Part shown: positions 26,141-39,838 of the stretch, piece after piece
Layout of the letters: the number at the start of each line of letters is the position of its first letter
How positions within the stretch are numbered: the first letter of the stretch is position 1
DNA from: Macrostomum hystrix
Taxonomy: Eukaryota; Animalia; Platyhelminthes
Length of the DNA: 64,000 nt
Reading direction: 5' to 3'
Assembly: GCA_950097015.1 (NCBI GenBank)
Contig: CATNEN010000024.1
Location: 5,642,001 to 5,706,000 of the forward strand
Position numbers and translations under genes: made by a program
Notes under the pieces: generated by a model
Told to the model about the DNA's origin: nothing
What the model saw: the letters and a program-made list of their open reading frames with translations, nothing else
Databases searched by the model: none

Positions 26141-26444
26141 ACTGCTAGAACTGTGGGATCCTACGCTAGCCTATCCTGCGTGACTGGGTGGCAGTAAAGG
26201 AAGAACCCTAAAAGAGACCGTTCGAGTATTATTTTAACAAAGATTTCGTCACAGAATATAAAAACTAGAGGCATATTCACAAAGCATCTAATTGTGTGCT
26301 CTTCAGCCGAACGTTGCAATTTTGCAGACAAAAAAATTACATCAGTTTGGGCTACGCACGTGAGTAAATTGTGGACTCGACATGCACTAGACTACCAGTG
26401 GAACAATGCTCCGAGGATTCGGGACTAGGGAAAATGTTCTGTTA

Positions 26445-27300
26445 GGGATTAGGGAAGATTAGGGAGGATTAGGGAATGGTTCTCTGAGGATTGAGGATTA
26501 GGGAATGGTTCTCTGAGGATTGAGGATTAGGGAATGGTTCTCTGAGGATTGAGGATTAGGGAATGGTTCTCTGAGGATTGAGGATTAGGGAATGGTTCTC
26601 TGAGGATCGAGGATTAGGGAATGGTTCTCTGAGGATTGAGGATTAGGGAATGGTTCTCTGAGGATTGAGGATTAGGGAATGGTTCTCTGAGGATTGAGGA
26701 TTAGGGAATGGTTCTCTGAGGATCGAGGATTAGGGAATGGTTCTCTGAGGATTGAGGATTAGGGAATGGTTCTCTGATGATTAAGGATTAGGGAATGGTT
26801 CTCTGATGATATAGGATTAGGGAATGGTTCTCTGATGATATATGATTAGGGAATGGTTCTCTGAGGATTGAGGATTAGGGAATGGTTCTCTGATGATATA
26901 GGATTAGGGAATGGTTCTCTGATGATATATGATTAGGGAATGGTTCTCTGAGGATTGAGGATTAGGGAATGGTTCTCTGATGATATAGGATTAGGGAATG
27001 GTTCTCTGATGATATATGATTAGGGAATGGTTCTCTGAGGATTGAGGATTAGGGAATGGTTCTCTGAGGATCGAGGATTAGGGAATGGTTCTCTGAGGAT
27101 TGAGGATTAGGGAATGGTTCTCTGATGATAGAGGATTAGGGAATGGTTCTCTGATGATATATGATTAGGGAATGGTTCTCTAAGGATTGAGGATTAGGGA
27201 ATGGTTCTCTGATGATAGAGGATTAGGGAATGGTTCTCTAAGGATTGAGGATAAGGAGATAATGCTCTAAGATATGAGGATAAGGGGATAATACTTTAAT
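26445..27300. repeat. 29-bp minisatellite (gattagggaatggttctctgaggattgag)
   Basis: About 28 copies. Confidence 0.95.
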
Positions 27301-27865
27301 ATATGAGGATAAGGGGATGATGCTCCTAGGATTGGGGAATTAATGCTCTTCTGAGATGTTCTGAGATTTCGGGATTAAGCGATGAGGATTGGTGGATCAG
27401 GCCAAGGAATAGGAGTGATTTACGAATGAGGCTCCAGGAACGAATATTTACTTTGAAACGGATGGCAGGTGGTCTCATTTAAATGCTGCTCCAGCTTTAG
27501 TTGACGCATGCATGAAAAACAGATAAGCAGAACAATCTGGGCACAAACAGTTTGGGATGTGACGGGATGAGCGGAAGAAGAAGCAGAAAAAAACAGGAGC
27601 AGGGACATTGCGAATAGTAACTCGGGCGGAAAACGATCTGTCATTCTCTCTTGACCCAAGTCTTGAAGCGAGGCTAGCAGAGAGCGCGTAAACACTCTGT
27701 GCGTGCCATGCATTCAAGCCTGCTTTCTGGAGCTGAAGAAAAAATGTCACCAGGAAATCGCTTTCTCTGAAATCAGCAGAAGCAACTGGGTCTATTTTAG
27801 TTCCAAAAAAAATCAATTTGGTGCGAATTTGATTTTTCAGCCGATGAGCCAGTGATAATTTCGAT

Positions 27866-28640
27866 GAAGTGACACAGACCTGGATGGAGTGACACAGACT
27901 ATGATGGAGTGACACAGACTTTGATAGAGTGACACAGACCTGGATGGAGTGACACAGACTTGGATGGAGTGACACAGACTTTGATAGAGTGACACAGACC
28001 TGGATGGAGTGACACAGACTTGGATGGAGTGACACAGACTATGATGGAGTGACACAGACTTGGATGGAGTGACACAGACCTGGATGGAGTGACACAGACT
28101 TGGATGGAGTGACACAGACCTGGATGGAGTGACACAGACTTTGATGGAGTGACACAGACCTGGATGGAGTGACACAGACTATGATGGAGTGACACAGACT
28201 TGGATGGAGTGACACAGACTTGGATGGAGTGACACAGACCTGGATGGAGTGAAACAGACTTAGATGGAGTGACACAGACTTTGATGGAGTGACACAGACC
28301 TGGATGGAGTGACACAGACTATGATGGAGTGACACAGACTATGATGGAGTGACACAGACCTGGATGGAGTGACACAGACTATGATGGAGTGACACAGACT
28401 TGGATGGAGTGACACAGACTTTGATAGAGTGACACAGACCTGGATGGAGTGACACAGACTATGATGGAGTGACACAGACTATGATGGAGTGACACGGACT
28501 TTGATGGAGTGACACAGACTTTGATGGAGTGACACAGACTTTGATGGAGTGACACAGACTTGGATGGAGTGATACAGGCTTGGGTGGAGTGAAACAGGCT
28601 TGGGTGGAGTGACAAAAGCTTGGGTGGAATGACACAGGCT
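27866..28640. repeat. 20-bp minisatellite, family A copy 2
   Basis: About 38 copies. Confidence 0.95.
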
Positions 28641-29172
28641 GGTAGGGGTAGCGTTCAAATGTTATACAGGTGCGGACCACCAGATGACAAGTGTCCAGGT
28701 CGAAAGTTCCGAGTCTAAAAGTCTAGTGGGGCAGCAGAGTAAAAGGGTGTGGGATGCTGCCTTCTGTCAATCAGCTATAGGCGGATCCTGCCAGGTGAAT
28801 GTTGTGATGCCTATCAGCTGCTGATAAGATTCTACGTGAAGTTGGCCGTTAAAAAAGGTGAAATCTACTGCGCAAAAGCTGAAAATTTCCGTCGTTCGTT
28901 ACGCACAGTTTTTATTGTTAACGCACGATTTCTATCGAACATTGCAATGTCTTTTTGTGGGTGGGTCTAGTGCACCGCTGTTCATTAAAAAATTCAACTT
29001 AAAAATCAATCGATCTCCCGCAGATTAACGCCGATTGTCGCAGCGCGAGATTCTGATAAAATCAGAAATGTGTCTCACTGCGCACTTCTGTTGATTTCAG
29101 CGTCTCTGTGTTTTCTCAGTACCGTTAATACTAAAATTACACATTACTGAATATATTAGTAGCATTGGGCTG

Positions 29173-29265
29173 ATGCCGGCGCCAGCGCAGACAAATTTGA
29201 AAAAGTCCTCCACCGGCGGTGGAAGCGGACATTCAGCATCTCCAGCCATGGCTAAAAATAGAAAT

Positions 29266-29296
<31 letters not shown>

Positions 29297-32200
29297 TGCA
29301 GCCAAGGCAAAGTTCAGTAGCAGCTTCTTCGGCATCGTGCCAGTCTGCTGCATCGGCGGTTGTAAGAAACTTAACATTTAGATACATTGTACTTTCTTAC
29401 TTAATCTATTTTAAAGTACACTTACTTAGGTAATTTATTGCTATTTTTAGCAACAAGCAACAGCAAAACAATCACGTGATGCTTCCCTGTACGTGATTGG
29501 CTGTTGTAGCTCATTCAGTATATTGATTCTATTTTTAGCTCACAAGGTCAACTTTCACGTGATACTTACGTGACACTCGGACTCCCTGTAACTAAACCCT
29601 TAGTTAAACAGTAGAACTACCAAGGGGTGGAAATTCCCCCCTGACAATTTTCTTTGATGCACCCGAACGGAGCATTGCAAGCACACGGAACTCAAGAACA
29701 GGGGCCAACTTTTTGCTGCGCATCTTCTGAAACAAGAATGAAGTCGCCAGCTCTTCAGACAGTCGAGATATTCAGTGGTTCTGGCCAAAGGTTGAATTTT
29801 TCCCTTAAGCGCTAGTGTATTTCATACACCCCTATACGAGACGTAAAAATTTATCAGCATGTCACCCGAATGTGCCTTCATCATCTCCGTCTTCGTTGGT
29901 CACCTACCTCTATCTAGATAGACTGCTGGACCTTCAAAGGCTACAGAAGGTTGAAATTGGTCTCTATGGACACCCTGACGCGAATTTCTCAATTTTTAAT
30001 GCTCAAGCCTAAATATTAGGCGCAGCTCAACCACAGTACACCATCGCCTAGTCTGTCAACCAATCAGTCACCAGCCAACGCTGCTAGCATATAAGATGGG
30101 CGGCAAAATGGCTTGGTAGTCCTACTGTTAATAGGATAATTAGCAAGCAGCAAGGTTATATCGTATTTCCAAACACGCATTTATCGACCGGTCTGTGAAA
30201 GTCCAACTCATTATCGGATTTCAATTGACCAAAAATAAATATTAATTGGACCTTGTAAGAACTGCTTTGTCATAGAAAATGATTTTTGTGCAGCACATGA
30301 ATAAGAGAGACGGATAACAGCGAATAATGATAGACAGTGCATTCCAAAGTGTTATGTGCAGTCGTATCGCTTCGTTCCACATTTCGCATTCTTCTCTCTA
30401 TTATCTGCACAGCACTTTGTATAATGTAACAAAACTGTTTCGGGTTATGTTCGAATATTTTTTGGCGATCCACTTGTGTTTTTTTTACTTTTGGCCTCTC
30501 ATTCTGCGCTTCTACCTGGCCGCCGTGCATTACTCGGAAACTATGGATGCACGAAACTCGCCAGCCAGACCCTGGGTGCTCGCAACTGAAGATAAAATGC
30601 GAAATAGGCAGGCAAATATCCCTCACTGGCGGTACAATGTCTGAAGAGTGCAAGTTGGATAGCTAGACTTACCTATCCCCTTGCCTCTTATTTATGTATA
30701 TTTTATCTCAGTTTTCTGTTTGTATCAGTTTGTCCCCTGTCCCTCCTGTTTGTCTTATTGGGCCTTCTGGTCATCTCATTATCCCTCCTGTTTATGTCAT
30801 TGTGCCTTCTGTTTATCCCATTGTGCCTTCTGTTTATCCCATTGTCCATCCTGTTTATCCCATTGTCCATCCTGTTTATCGCATCATCCACCCTGTTTAT
30901 GCCATTGTCCGTCCTGTTTATCCCATTGTACATCCTGTTTATCCCATTATCCATCCTGTTTATCCCATCATCCATCCTGTTTATCCCATCATCCATCCTG
31001 TTTATCCCATTGTCCCTCCTGTTTATCCCATTGTCCCTCCTGTTTATCCCATTGTCCCTCCTGTTTATCCCATTGTCCATCCTGTTTATCCCATTGTCCA
31101 TCCTGTTTATCCCATTGTCCATCCTGTTTATCCCATTGTCCCTCCTGTTTATCCCATTGTCCCTCCTGTTTATCCCATTGTCCATCCTTTTTATCCGATT
31201 GTCTGTCCTGTTTATCCCATTGTCCATCCTGTTTATCCCATTGTCCCTCCTGTTTATCCCATTGTCCCTCCTGTTTATCCCATTGTCCATCCTTTTTATC
31301 CGATTGTCTGTCCTGTTTATCCCATTGTCCATCCTGTTTATCCCATTGTCCATCCTGTTTATCCCATTGTCCATCCTTTTTATCCGATTGTCCCTTATGT
31401 TTATCCTATTGTGCCTTGTGTTTATCTCATTATCCTTCTGTTGATCCCGTTGTTTCTTCTGTTTTTCCTTTTTCCCAAAATATTCATCCCTTGTTCCCAC
31501 CTGTCTATTTATATCCGCATGTCTGGCATAGTGACGCAGTTTCACCTTCCCCTATGCACACCTGCAGAACGGAGGAGACGGCTGCTTCTCAGCTCGGCAG
31601 CTGAAGAGTAAGCATTTGAGATTTCTCTACTCTTGTTTTACTTCTATTTCTCTCCCTCTGTCTGTGCAGCCCAGGCGAATCACCAATGACTTGGATTAGC
31701 AAATGAGGGCCTGCTAACCTGTGCTAAACCATGTCCTCTCTATGAGGAGAATCGCAAACTGGGAAAATGGGAAGGAGACAGAGATGGGTGGGTAGAGTGC
31801 GGTCAGAGGCTCATTTGAGAATTGCTCAGCAAATGAACGAGCCTTTTTTTCATGGGAAAATTAGTTTAAGTTCCCGATTTTTTCACAAAAATCTAACTAG
31901 TTAACTCCTTGAAGACTCAATCTTAAAGAAGAATATGACAGAGAAATTGCCGGCTGCTACAGAAAGCACGAGCGAGAACTCCGAGCTATGAGTGCCAGTC
32001 AGAAGAGAGGAAACCGAATGGAGGGCGCCCCCACTGACAGCGGTGAGATGAGAACCTTCGGGCAAGAATCCTCGATTTTCCTGAGGTACAGGCAATATAG
32101 AAACCAACCTGCTCATCTAGAAACCAACCAGCTTATCTAGTAACCAACCAGCTTATCTAGAAACCAACCAGCTTATCTAGTAACCAACCAGCTTATCTAG

Positions 32201-35200
32201 AAACCAACTAGCTTATCTAGAAACCAACCAGCTTATCTAGAAGCCAACCAGCTTATCTAGTAACCAACCAGATTATCTAGTAACCAACCAGCTTATCTAG
32301 TAACCAACCAGATTATCTAGTAACCAACCAGCTTATCTAGTAACCAACCAGCTTATCTAGAAACCAACTAGCTTATCTAGAAACCAACCAGCTTATCTAG
32401 AAGCCAACCAGCTTATCTAGTAACCAACCAGATTATCTAGTAACCAACCAGCTTATCTAGTAACCAACCAGCTTATCTAGAAACCAACCAGCTTATCTAG
32501 AAACCAACCAGCTTATCTAGTAACCAACCAGCTTATCTAGAAACCAACTAGCTTATCTAGAAACCAACCAGCTTATCTAGAAGCCAACCAGCTTATCTAG
32601 TAACCAACCAGCTTATATAGAAACCAACCAGCTTATCTAGAAACCAACCAGCTTATCTAGAAACCAACCAGCTTATCTAGAAGCCAACCAGCTTATATAG
32701 AAACCAACCAGCTTATCTAGAAACCAACCAGCTTATCTAGAAGCCAACCAGCTTATCTAGAAGCCAACCAGCTTATCTAGAAGCCAACCAGCTTATCTAG
32801 AAGCCAACCAGCTTATCTAGAAGCCAACCAGCTTATCTAGAAGCCAACCAGCTTATCTAGAAGCCAACCAGCTTATCTAGAAACCAACCAGCTTATCTAG
32901 TAAGCAACCAGCTCATCTAGTAACCAACCAGCTTATCTAGTAACCAACCAGCTTATCTAGAAGCCAACCAGCTTATCTAGAAACCAACCAGCCTATCTAG
33001 AAGCCAACCAGTTTATCTAGAAGCCAACCAGCTTATCTAGAAACCAACCAGCTTATCTAGAAGCCAACCAGCTCATCTAGAAGCCAATCAGCTCATCTAG
33101 AAGCCAACCAGCTTATCTAGAAGCGAACCAGCTCATCTAGAAGCCAACCAGCTCATCTAGAAGCCAACCAGCTTATCTAGAAGCCAACCAGCTTATCTAG
33201 TAACAAACCAGCTTATCTAGAAGCCAACCAGCTTATCTAGAAGCCAACCAGCTCATCTAGAAGCCAACCAGCTTATCTAGTAACCAACCAGCTTATCTAG
33301 AAGCCAATCAGAACCCCACGAATGCCCCCCGACCCGCAGAGCTGAAGGACGCGTTTGATTTCTTCGACATCGACAACGACGGCCGAATCTGCTGCGCGGA
33401 GCTTCAGAAGGTGCTGCGTTTCTTGGGAACCAAGGTCAACGAGGAGGAGGTCAAAGCGATGATCGCCGATGTAGACACCAATCGTGAGTCTGCCTCTCCA
33501 AAATTTCCCACCTCCTCAGAATCCCCACCTCCTCAGAATCCCCACCTCCTCAGAATCCCCACCTCCTCAGAATCCCCACCTCCTCAGAATCCCCACCTAC
33601 TCAGAATCCCCACCTCCTCAGAATCCCCACCTCCTCAGAATCCCCACCTCCTCAGAATCCCCACCTCCTCAGAATCCCCACCTCCTCAGAATCCCCACCT
33701 CCTCAGAATCCCCACCTCCTCAGAATCCCCACCTACTCAGAATCCCCACCTCCTCAGAATCCCCACCTACTCAGAATCCCCACCTCCTCAGAATCCCCAC
33801 CTCCTCAGAATCCTCCTGCTCCTCAGAATCCCCCACCACCCCAAAATCTCCCACCACCCAAGAATCCCCCACCACACCAGAATTCTCCCACTTTAAACAA
33901 ATTCCTTGACCTCCTCAGAATCCCCCACCTCCTCAGATTCCCCCAACTTTCTTGGAAAAAAAGTCTGCTGAGTCACAAAAATTTCCAGGAAACGGCACGG
34001 TGGAATTCAACGAATTCCTGCGCATGATGCGCGCCTACCACCATCGACACTGCGGGGGCCACTCCGAGGACGCTGAAATGTGGGAGGCCTTCAAGGTCAG
34101 CTGCAATGGGAAATTTTACCTCGCTTTAGCACATGTTTTTGTAGTGAATAGCCATCTGTTTGACGATTGAAATATTGGGATAATAATATTTTAGAATACA
34201 CTTTTCAAGTCTGCAAGTAGTTGGGGCCGCATGCTAGACAAAGAAATAACCTGTTAGACAAAGTAATAACCTGTTAGACAGGGAAATATCCTGTTAGACA
34301 GGGAAATATCCTGTTAGACAGGGAAATATCCTGTTAGACAGATAAATAAACTGTTAGACAGTGGACGAACTTGTTAGAAAGGGAAATAAAATGTTAATAC
34401 AGATCGTATTATCGAAAAATAATAGCCGTAGTGCTACTGGCAGTAGTAGCACTACAGACATTTTGCCGCTATTTTCATGCTCTTCACCTACTTCTCTTCT
34501 TCTCTCAACTAAAGGCTTTCGATCACAATGGCGACAACTACATAGATTTCACTGAGATAAAAAAGACTATGCAATTTCTTGGCGAAGAGGTGACAGACGC
34601 CGATGTGAAATCCATGATCAAAGAGGCCGACGTGGATAAAGACGGCCGAATCAATTTTGAAGGTAAGAAAATTTATATTATCAATGATACCTATCAAAAG
34701 TATAAGTATTTTTGATACAATAAACCAAAAATGATACCTATATTTGTGGTTTTTTCTACCAGACACACCGACGAGAATCGTTGAATATCTCGACGATGCC
34801 GATGTTTTATGATTCAGGAAGATGTTTTATCGGATAGAGAGGAAAATTTTAGCTTGTGTTCAGGATTTTCATGGCGGTTGGTTGAACATTTTGGGAGATA
34901 AAGAAAGAAGAACTATGTGTGGTATTTGAAATACCCAAATCGTCACTTGACTGTTGACGCTCTCAAACTCACACCGATAAAGAAAAATAAAAGAGAGTGA
35001 CAGGTGAGATAGAGGAACATCAAAGAGAGGGACAGGTGAGATAGAGGAAGATCAAAGAGAGGGACAGGTGAGATAGAGGAAGATCAAAGAGAGGGACAGG
35101 TGAGATAGAGGAAGATCAAAGAGAGGGACAGGTGAGATAGAGGAAGATCAAAGAGAGTGACAGGTGAGATAGAGGAAGATCAAAGAGAGGGACAGGTGAG

Positions 35201-36139
35201 ATAGAGGAAGATCAAAGAGAGGGACAGGTGAGATAGAGGAAGATCAAAGAGAGTGACAGGTGAGATAGAGGAAGATCAAAGAGAGGGACAGGTGAGATAG
35301 AGGAAGATCAAAGAGAGGGACAGGTGAGATAGAGGAAGATCAAAGAGAGGGACAGGTGAGATAGAGGAAGATCAAAGAGAGGGACAGGTGAGATAGAGGA
35401 AGATCAAAGAGAGGGACAGGTGAGATAGAGGAAGATCAAAGAGAGTGACAGGTGAGAAAGAGGAAGATCAAAGAGAGGGACAGGTGAGATAGAGGAAGAT
35501 CAAAGAGAGTGACAGGTGAGAAAGAGGAAGATCAAAGAGAGTGACAGGTGAGATAGAGGAAGATCAAAGAGAGTGACAGGTGAGATAGAGGAAGATCAAA
35601 GAGAGTGACAGGTGAGATAGAGGAAGATCAAAGAGAGTGACAGGTGAGATAGAGGAAGATCAAAGAAAGTGACAGGTGAGATAGAGGAAGATCAAAGAGA
35701 GGGACAGGTGAGATAGAGGAAGATCAAAGAGAGGGACAGGTGAGATAGAGGAAGATCAAAGAGAGGGACAGGTGAGATAGAGGAAGATCAAAGAGAGTGA
35801 CAGGTGAGAAAGAGGAAGATCAAAGAGAGTGACAGGTGAGATAGAGGAAGATCAAAGAGAGTGACAGGTGAGAAAGAGGAAGATCAAAGAGAGTGACAGG
35901 TGAGATAGAGGAAGATCAAAGAGAGTGACAGGTGAGATAGAGGAAGATCAAAGAGAGTGACAGGTGAGATAGAGGAAGATCAAAGAGAGTGACAGGTGAG
36001 ATAGAGGAAGATCAAAGAAAGTGACAGGTGAGATACGTCATCAATTTGCGTTTTCGCTGAAAGTGAAATCTTTGACGCCGTTGCAGAATTCAAGAAGATG
36101 CTGAGCCTGCTTCATCAGAGGGCCGATCGAGCATCGTAA
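29173..36139 (+). CDS. Calmodulin-like protein with four EF-hands and a Q/S-rich N-terminal extension (~226 aa)
   Basis: Exons 29173-29361, 31568-31607, 33340-33483, 33989-34095, 34515-34662 and 36087-36139, all phase-consistent. EF loops DIDNDGRICCAE, DTNRNGTVEFNE, DHNGDNYIDFTE and DVDKDGRINFEE. Too divergent to be canonical calmodulin. The first two exons are less certain than the EF-hand exons. Confidence 0.88.
29471..29573. promoter_or_regulatory. E-box/CCAAT motif cluster in intron 1 of the calmodulin-like gene
   Basis: CACGTG at 29473 and 29556, TACGTG at 29490 and 29567, ATTGG at 29496. Confidence 0.3.
30715..31435. repeat. 21-bp minisatellite (cccattgtccatcctgtttat)
   Basis: Calmodulin-like gene, intron 1. 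Confidence 0.95.
32100..33310. repeat. 20-bp minisatellite (aaccaaccagcttatctaga)
   Basis: About 60 copies, intron 2. Confidence 0.97.
33505..33945. repeat. 17-bp minisatellite (cctcctcagaatcccca)
   Basis: Intron 3. Confidence 0.93.
34225..34380. repeat. 20-bp tandem repeat (cctgttagacagggaaatat)
   Basis: About 7 copies, intron 4. Confidence 0.85.
34759..34936 (+). mobile_element. Interspersed repeat, copy 2 (~175 bp)
   Basis: Diverged same-orientation copy of 9012-9184, in intron 5 of the calmodulin-like gene. Confidence 0.75.
34995..36034. repeat. 32-bp minisatellite (gacaggtgagatagaggaagatcaaagagagg), family B copy 1
   Basis: Intron 5; related to 44445-45030. Confidence 0.96.
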
Positions 36140-36954
36140 ATGATGCAGAAGATCTGCTTGAGAAATGGCTCGAGATTTACAAAAAACGATCCTTTATCTT
36201 GATATTAATTCGTATTATTTCCAAGTGGTATTTTCTAGTCTAAAAAATTTCAACACTCGCAAAATAAATAAATATTAAGTTTTTAAGTGCAAGCTAAAAT
36301 AGGCGGACATTCTCGTTGCTCGACATCTGCAGCTAAATGCTTACGAGCAAAAGCCGAAGAAAAAACTTTCAGTGTCATATCCACAAAACACTACTCATAG
36401 AATTAGGCTAGGAATATATAGTTCCGAAAAGCATTCAGGCAAAAAAAAAATTCTGCGCTCCAACGCACACACAATTGTACACATATTCCTATTTTTTGTT
36501 TTTAAATCTTTGCGTTCTTTGTTAATATGTTTTAGTCAATTGTGATGCAATCTTGTTCACTTCTGATGATTTTCTATGCGATTGTATGCTTGCAATAATG
36601 ATTTAAACTTTTAATAAGAACCTTTAAACCTGTTAATAACAGTTGAGATTCTCTTGCATGCAAAGGTCATTTTATGCACAATTTACTGCCCCTATAACGC
36701 TAGCACAAATACAAGTTTGTTGTTATTACAACATTTTACTCATGAATAAATAATTTCAGTGTTGATTATTGACTGTTGCGTTTGCCTGATTTGGCGAGAC
36801 AGTGGCTTGTGTATTAATACACGGCTATTGGTAAGCTTCAAAACTAAATACTTTGATTGGTTCCCGATTCCTGACCAATCAGAAGCTTTTATGCGGAATG
36901 GAATATGAAGGAAAATGGGGAGAATCGTGAGAAGGAAGTCAGCGACGATTTGAA

Positions 36955-39838
36955 CGGGGAGACACTGTGAGAACGGTGAGAGTCAGGGAAGATGAGAATG
37001 AGGAGACACTTTGAGAAGGGTGAGAGTCAGAGAAGGTGAGAATGAGGAGACACGGTGAGAAGGGTGAGAGTCAGGTAGATGAGAATGAGGAGACACGGAG
37101 AGAACGTTGATAGTCAGGTAGATGAGAATGAGGAGACACGGTGAGAAGGGTGAGAGTCAGAGAAGGTGAGAATGAGGAGACACGGTGAGAAGGGTGAGAG
37201 TCAGGTAGATGAGAATGAGGAGACACTTTGAGAAGGGTGAGAGTCAGAGAAGGTGAGAATGAGGAGACACGGAGAGAACGGTGATAGTCAGGTAGATGAG
37301 AATGAGGAGACACGGAGAGAACGGTGATAGTCAGGTAGATGAGAATGAGGAGACACGGAGAGAACGGTGATAGTCAGGTAGATGAGAATGAGGAGACACG
37401 GAGAGAACGGTGATAGTCAGGTAGATGAGAATGAGGAGACACGGTGAGAAGGTTGAGAGTCAGGTAGATGAGAATGAGGAGACACGGAGAGAACGGTGAT
37501 AGTCAGGTAGATAAGAATGAGGAGACACGGAGAGAACGGTGATTGTCAGGGTAGATGAGAATGAGGAGACACGGTGAGAACGGTGAGAGTCAGGGTAGAT
37601 GAGAATGAGGAGACACGGTGAGAAGGGTGAGAGTCAGGGTAGATGAGAATGAGGAGACACGGTGAGAAGGGTGAGAGTCAGGTAGATGAGAATGAGGAGA
37701 CACGGTGAGAAGGGTGAGAGTCAGGGTAGATGAGAATGAGGAGACACGGAGAGAAGGGTGAGAGTCAGGGTAGATGAGAATGAGGAGACACGGAGAGAAG
37801 GGTGAGAGTCAGGGTAGATGAGAATGAGGAGACACGGTGAGAAGGGTGAGAGTCAGGGAGATGAGAATGAGGAGACACGGTGAGAAGGTTGAGAGTCAGG
37901 TAGATGAGAATGAGGAGACACGGTGAGAAGGGTGATAGTCAGGTAGATGAGAATGAGGAGACACGGTGAGAAGGGTGAGAGTCAGGGTAGATGAGAATGA
38001 GGAGACACGGTGAGAAGGGTGAGAGTCAGGAAGATGAGAATGAGGAGACACGGTGAGAAAGGTGAGAGTCAGGGTAGATGAGAATGAGGAGACAAGGAGA
38101 GAACGGTGAGAGTCAGGGTAGATGAGAATGAGGAGACACGGTGAGAAGGGTGAGAGTCAGGTAGATGAGAATGAGGAGACACGGTGAGAAGGGTGAGAGT
38201 CAGGTAGATGAGAATGAGGAGACACGGAGAGAAGGGTGAGAGTCAGGTAGATGAGAATGAGGAGACACGGTGAGAAGGGTGAGAGTCAGGTAGATGAGAA
38301 TGAGGAGACACGGTGAGAAGGGTGAGAGTCAGGTAGATGAGAATGAGGAGACACGGTGAGAAGGGTGAGAGTCAGGGTAGATGAGAATGAGGAGACACGG
38401 TGAGAAGGGTGAGAGTCAGGTAGATGAGAATGAGGAGACACGGAGAGAAGGGTGAGAGTCAGGTAGATGAGAATGAGGAGACACGGTGAGAAGGGTGAGA
38501 GTCAGGTAGATGAGAATGAGGAGACACGGAGAGAAGGGTGAGAGTCAGGTAGATGAGAATGAGGAGACACGGTGAGAAGGGTGATAGTCAGGTAGATGAG
38601 AATGAGGAGACACGGTGAGAAGGGTGAGAGTCAGGGTAGATGAGAATGAGGAGACACGGTGAGAAGGGTGAGAGTCAGGGTAGATGAGAATGAGGAGACA
38701 CGGAGAGAAGGTTGAGAGTCAGGTAGATGAGAATGAGGAGACACGGTGAGAAGGGTGAGAGTCAGGTAGATGAGAATGAGGAGACACGGTAAGAAGGGTG
38801 AGAGTCAGGGTAGATGAGAATGAGGAGACACGGTGAGAAGGGTGAGAGTCAGGGTAGATGAGAATGAGGAGACACGGAGAGAAGGGTGAGAGTCAGGTAG
38901 ATGAGAATGAGGAGACACGGAGAGAAGGTTGAGAGTCAGGTAGATGAGAATGAGGAGACACGGTGAGAAGGGTGAGAGTCAGGTAGATGAGAATGAGGAG
39001 ACACGGTAAGAAGGGTGAGAGTCAGGGTAGATGAGAATGAGGAGACACGGTGAGAAGGGTGAGAGTCAGGGTAGATGAGAATGAGGAGACACGGAGAGAA
39101 GGGTGAGAGTCAGGTAGATGAGAATGAGGAGACACGGAGAGAAGGGTGAGAGTCAGGGTAGATGAGAATGAGGAGACACGGTGAGAAGGGTGAGAGTCAG
39201 GTAGATGAGAATGAGGAGACACGGTGAGAAGGGTGAGAGTCAGGGTAGATGAGAATGAGGAGACACGGTTAGAAGGGTGAGAGTCAGGTAGATGAGAATG
39301 AGGAGACACGGTAAGAAGGGTGAGAGTCAGGGTAGATGAGAATGAGGAGACACGGTGAGAAGGGTGAGAGTCAGGGTAGATGAGAATGAGGAGACACGGA
39401 GAGAAGGGTGAGAGTCAGGTAGATGAGAATGAGGAGACACGGAGAGAAGGGTGAGAGTCAGGGTAGATGAGAATGAGGAGACACGGTGAGAAGGGTGAGA
39501 GTCAGGTAGATGAGAATGAGGAGACACGGTGAGAAGGGTGAGAGTCAGGAAGATGAGAATGAGGAGACACGGTTAGAAGGGCGAGAGTCAGGTAGATGAG
39601 AATGAGGAGACACGGTGAGAAGGGTGAGAGTCAGGGTAGATGAGAATGAGGAGACACGGTGAGAAGGGTGAGAGTCAGGAAGATGAGAATGAGGAGACAC
39701 GGTTAGAAGGGCGAGAGTCAGGTAGATGAGAATGAGGAGACACGGTGAGAAGGGCGAGAGTCAGGTAGATGAGAATGAGGAGACACGATGAGAACGGTGA
39801 GAGTCAGGTAGATGAGAATGAGGAGACACGGTGAGAAT
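36955..39838. repeat. 43/44-bp minisatellite (gatgagaatgaggagacacggtgagaagggtgagagtcaggta), ~2.9 kb
   Basis: Intergenic array. Confidence 0.97.

Noticed and set aside
26445-27300. TTAGGG in each repeat unit as an interstitial telomere
   Set aside because: There is only one hexamer per 29-bp unit, not tandem telomeric repeats.
27420-27713. 97-aa minus ORF with a hydrophobic stretch
   Set aside because: No homology and no convincing in-phase donor linking it to downstream exons.
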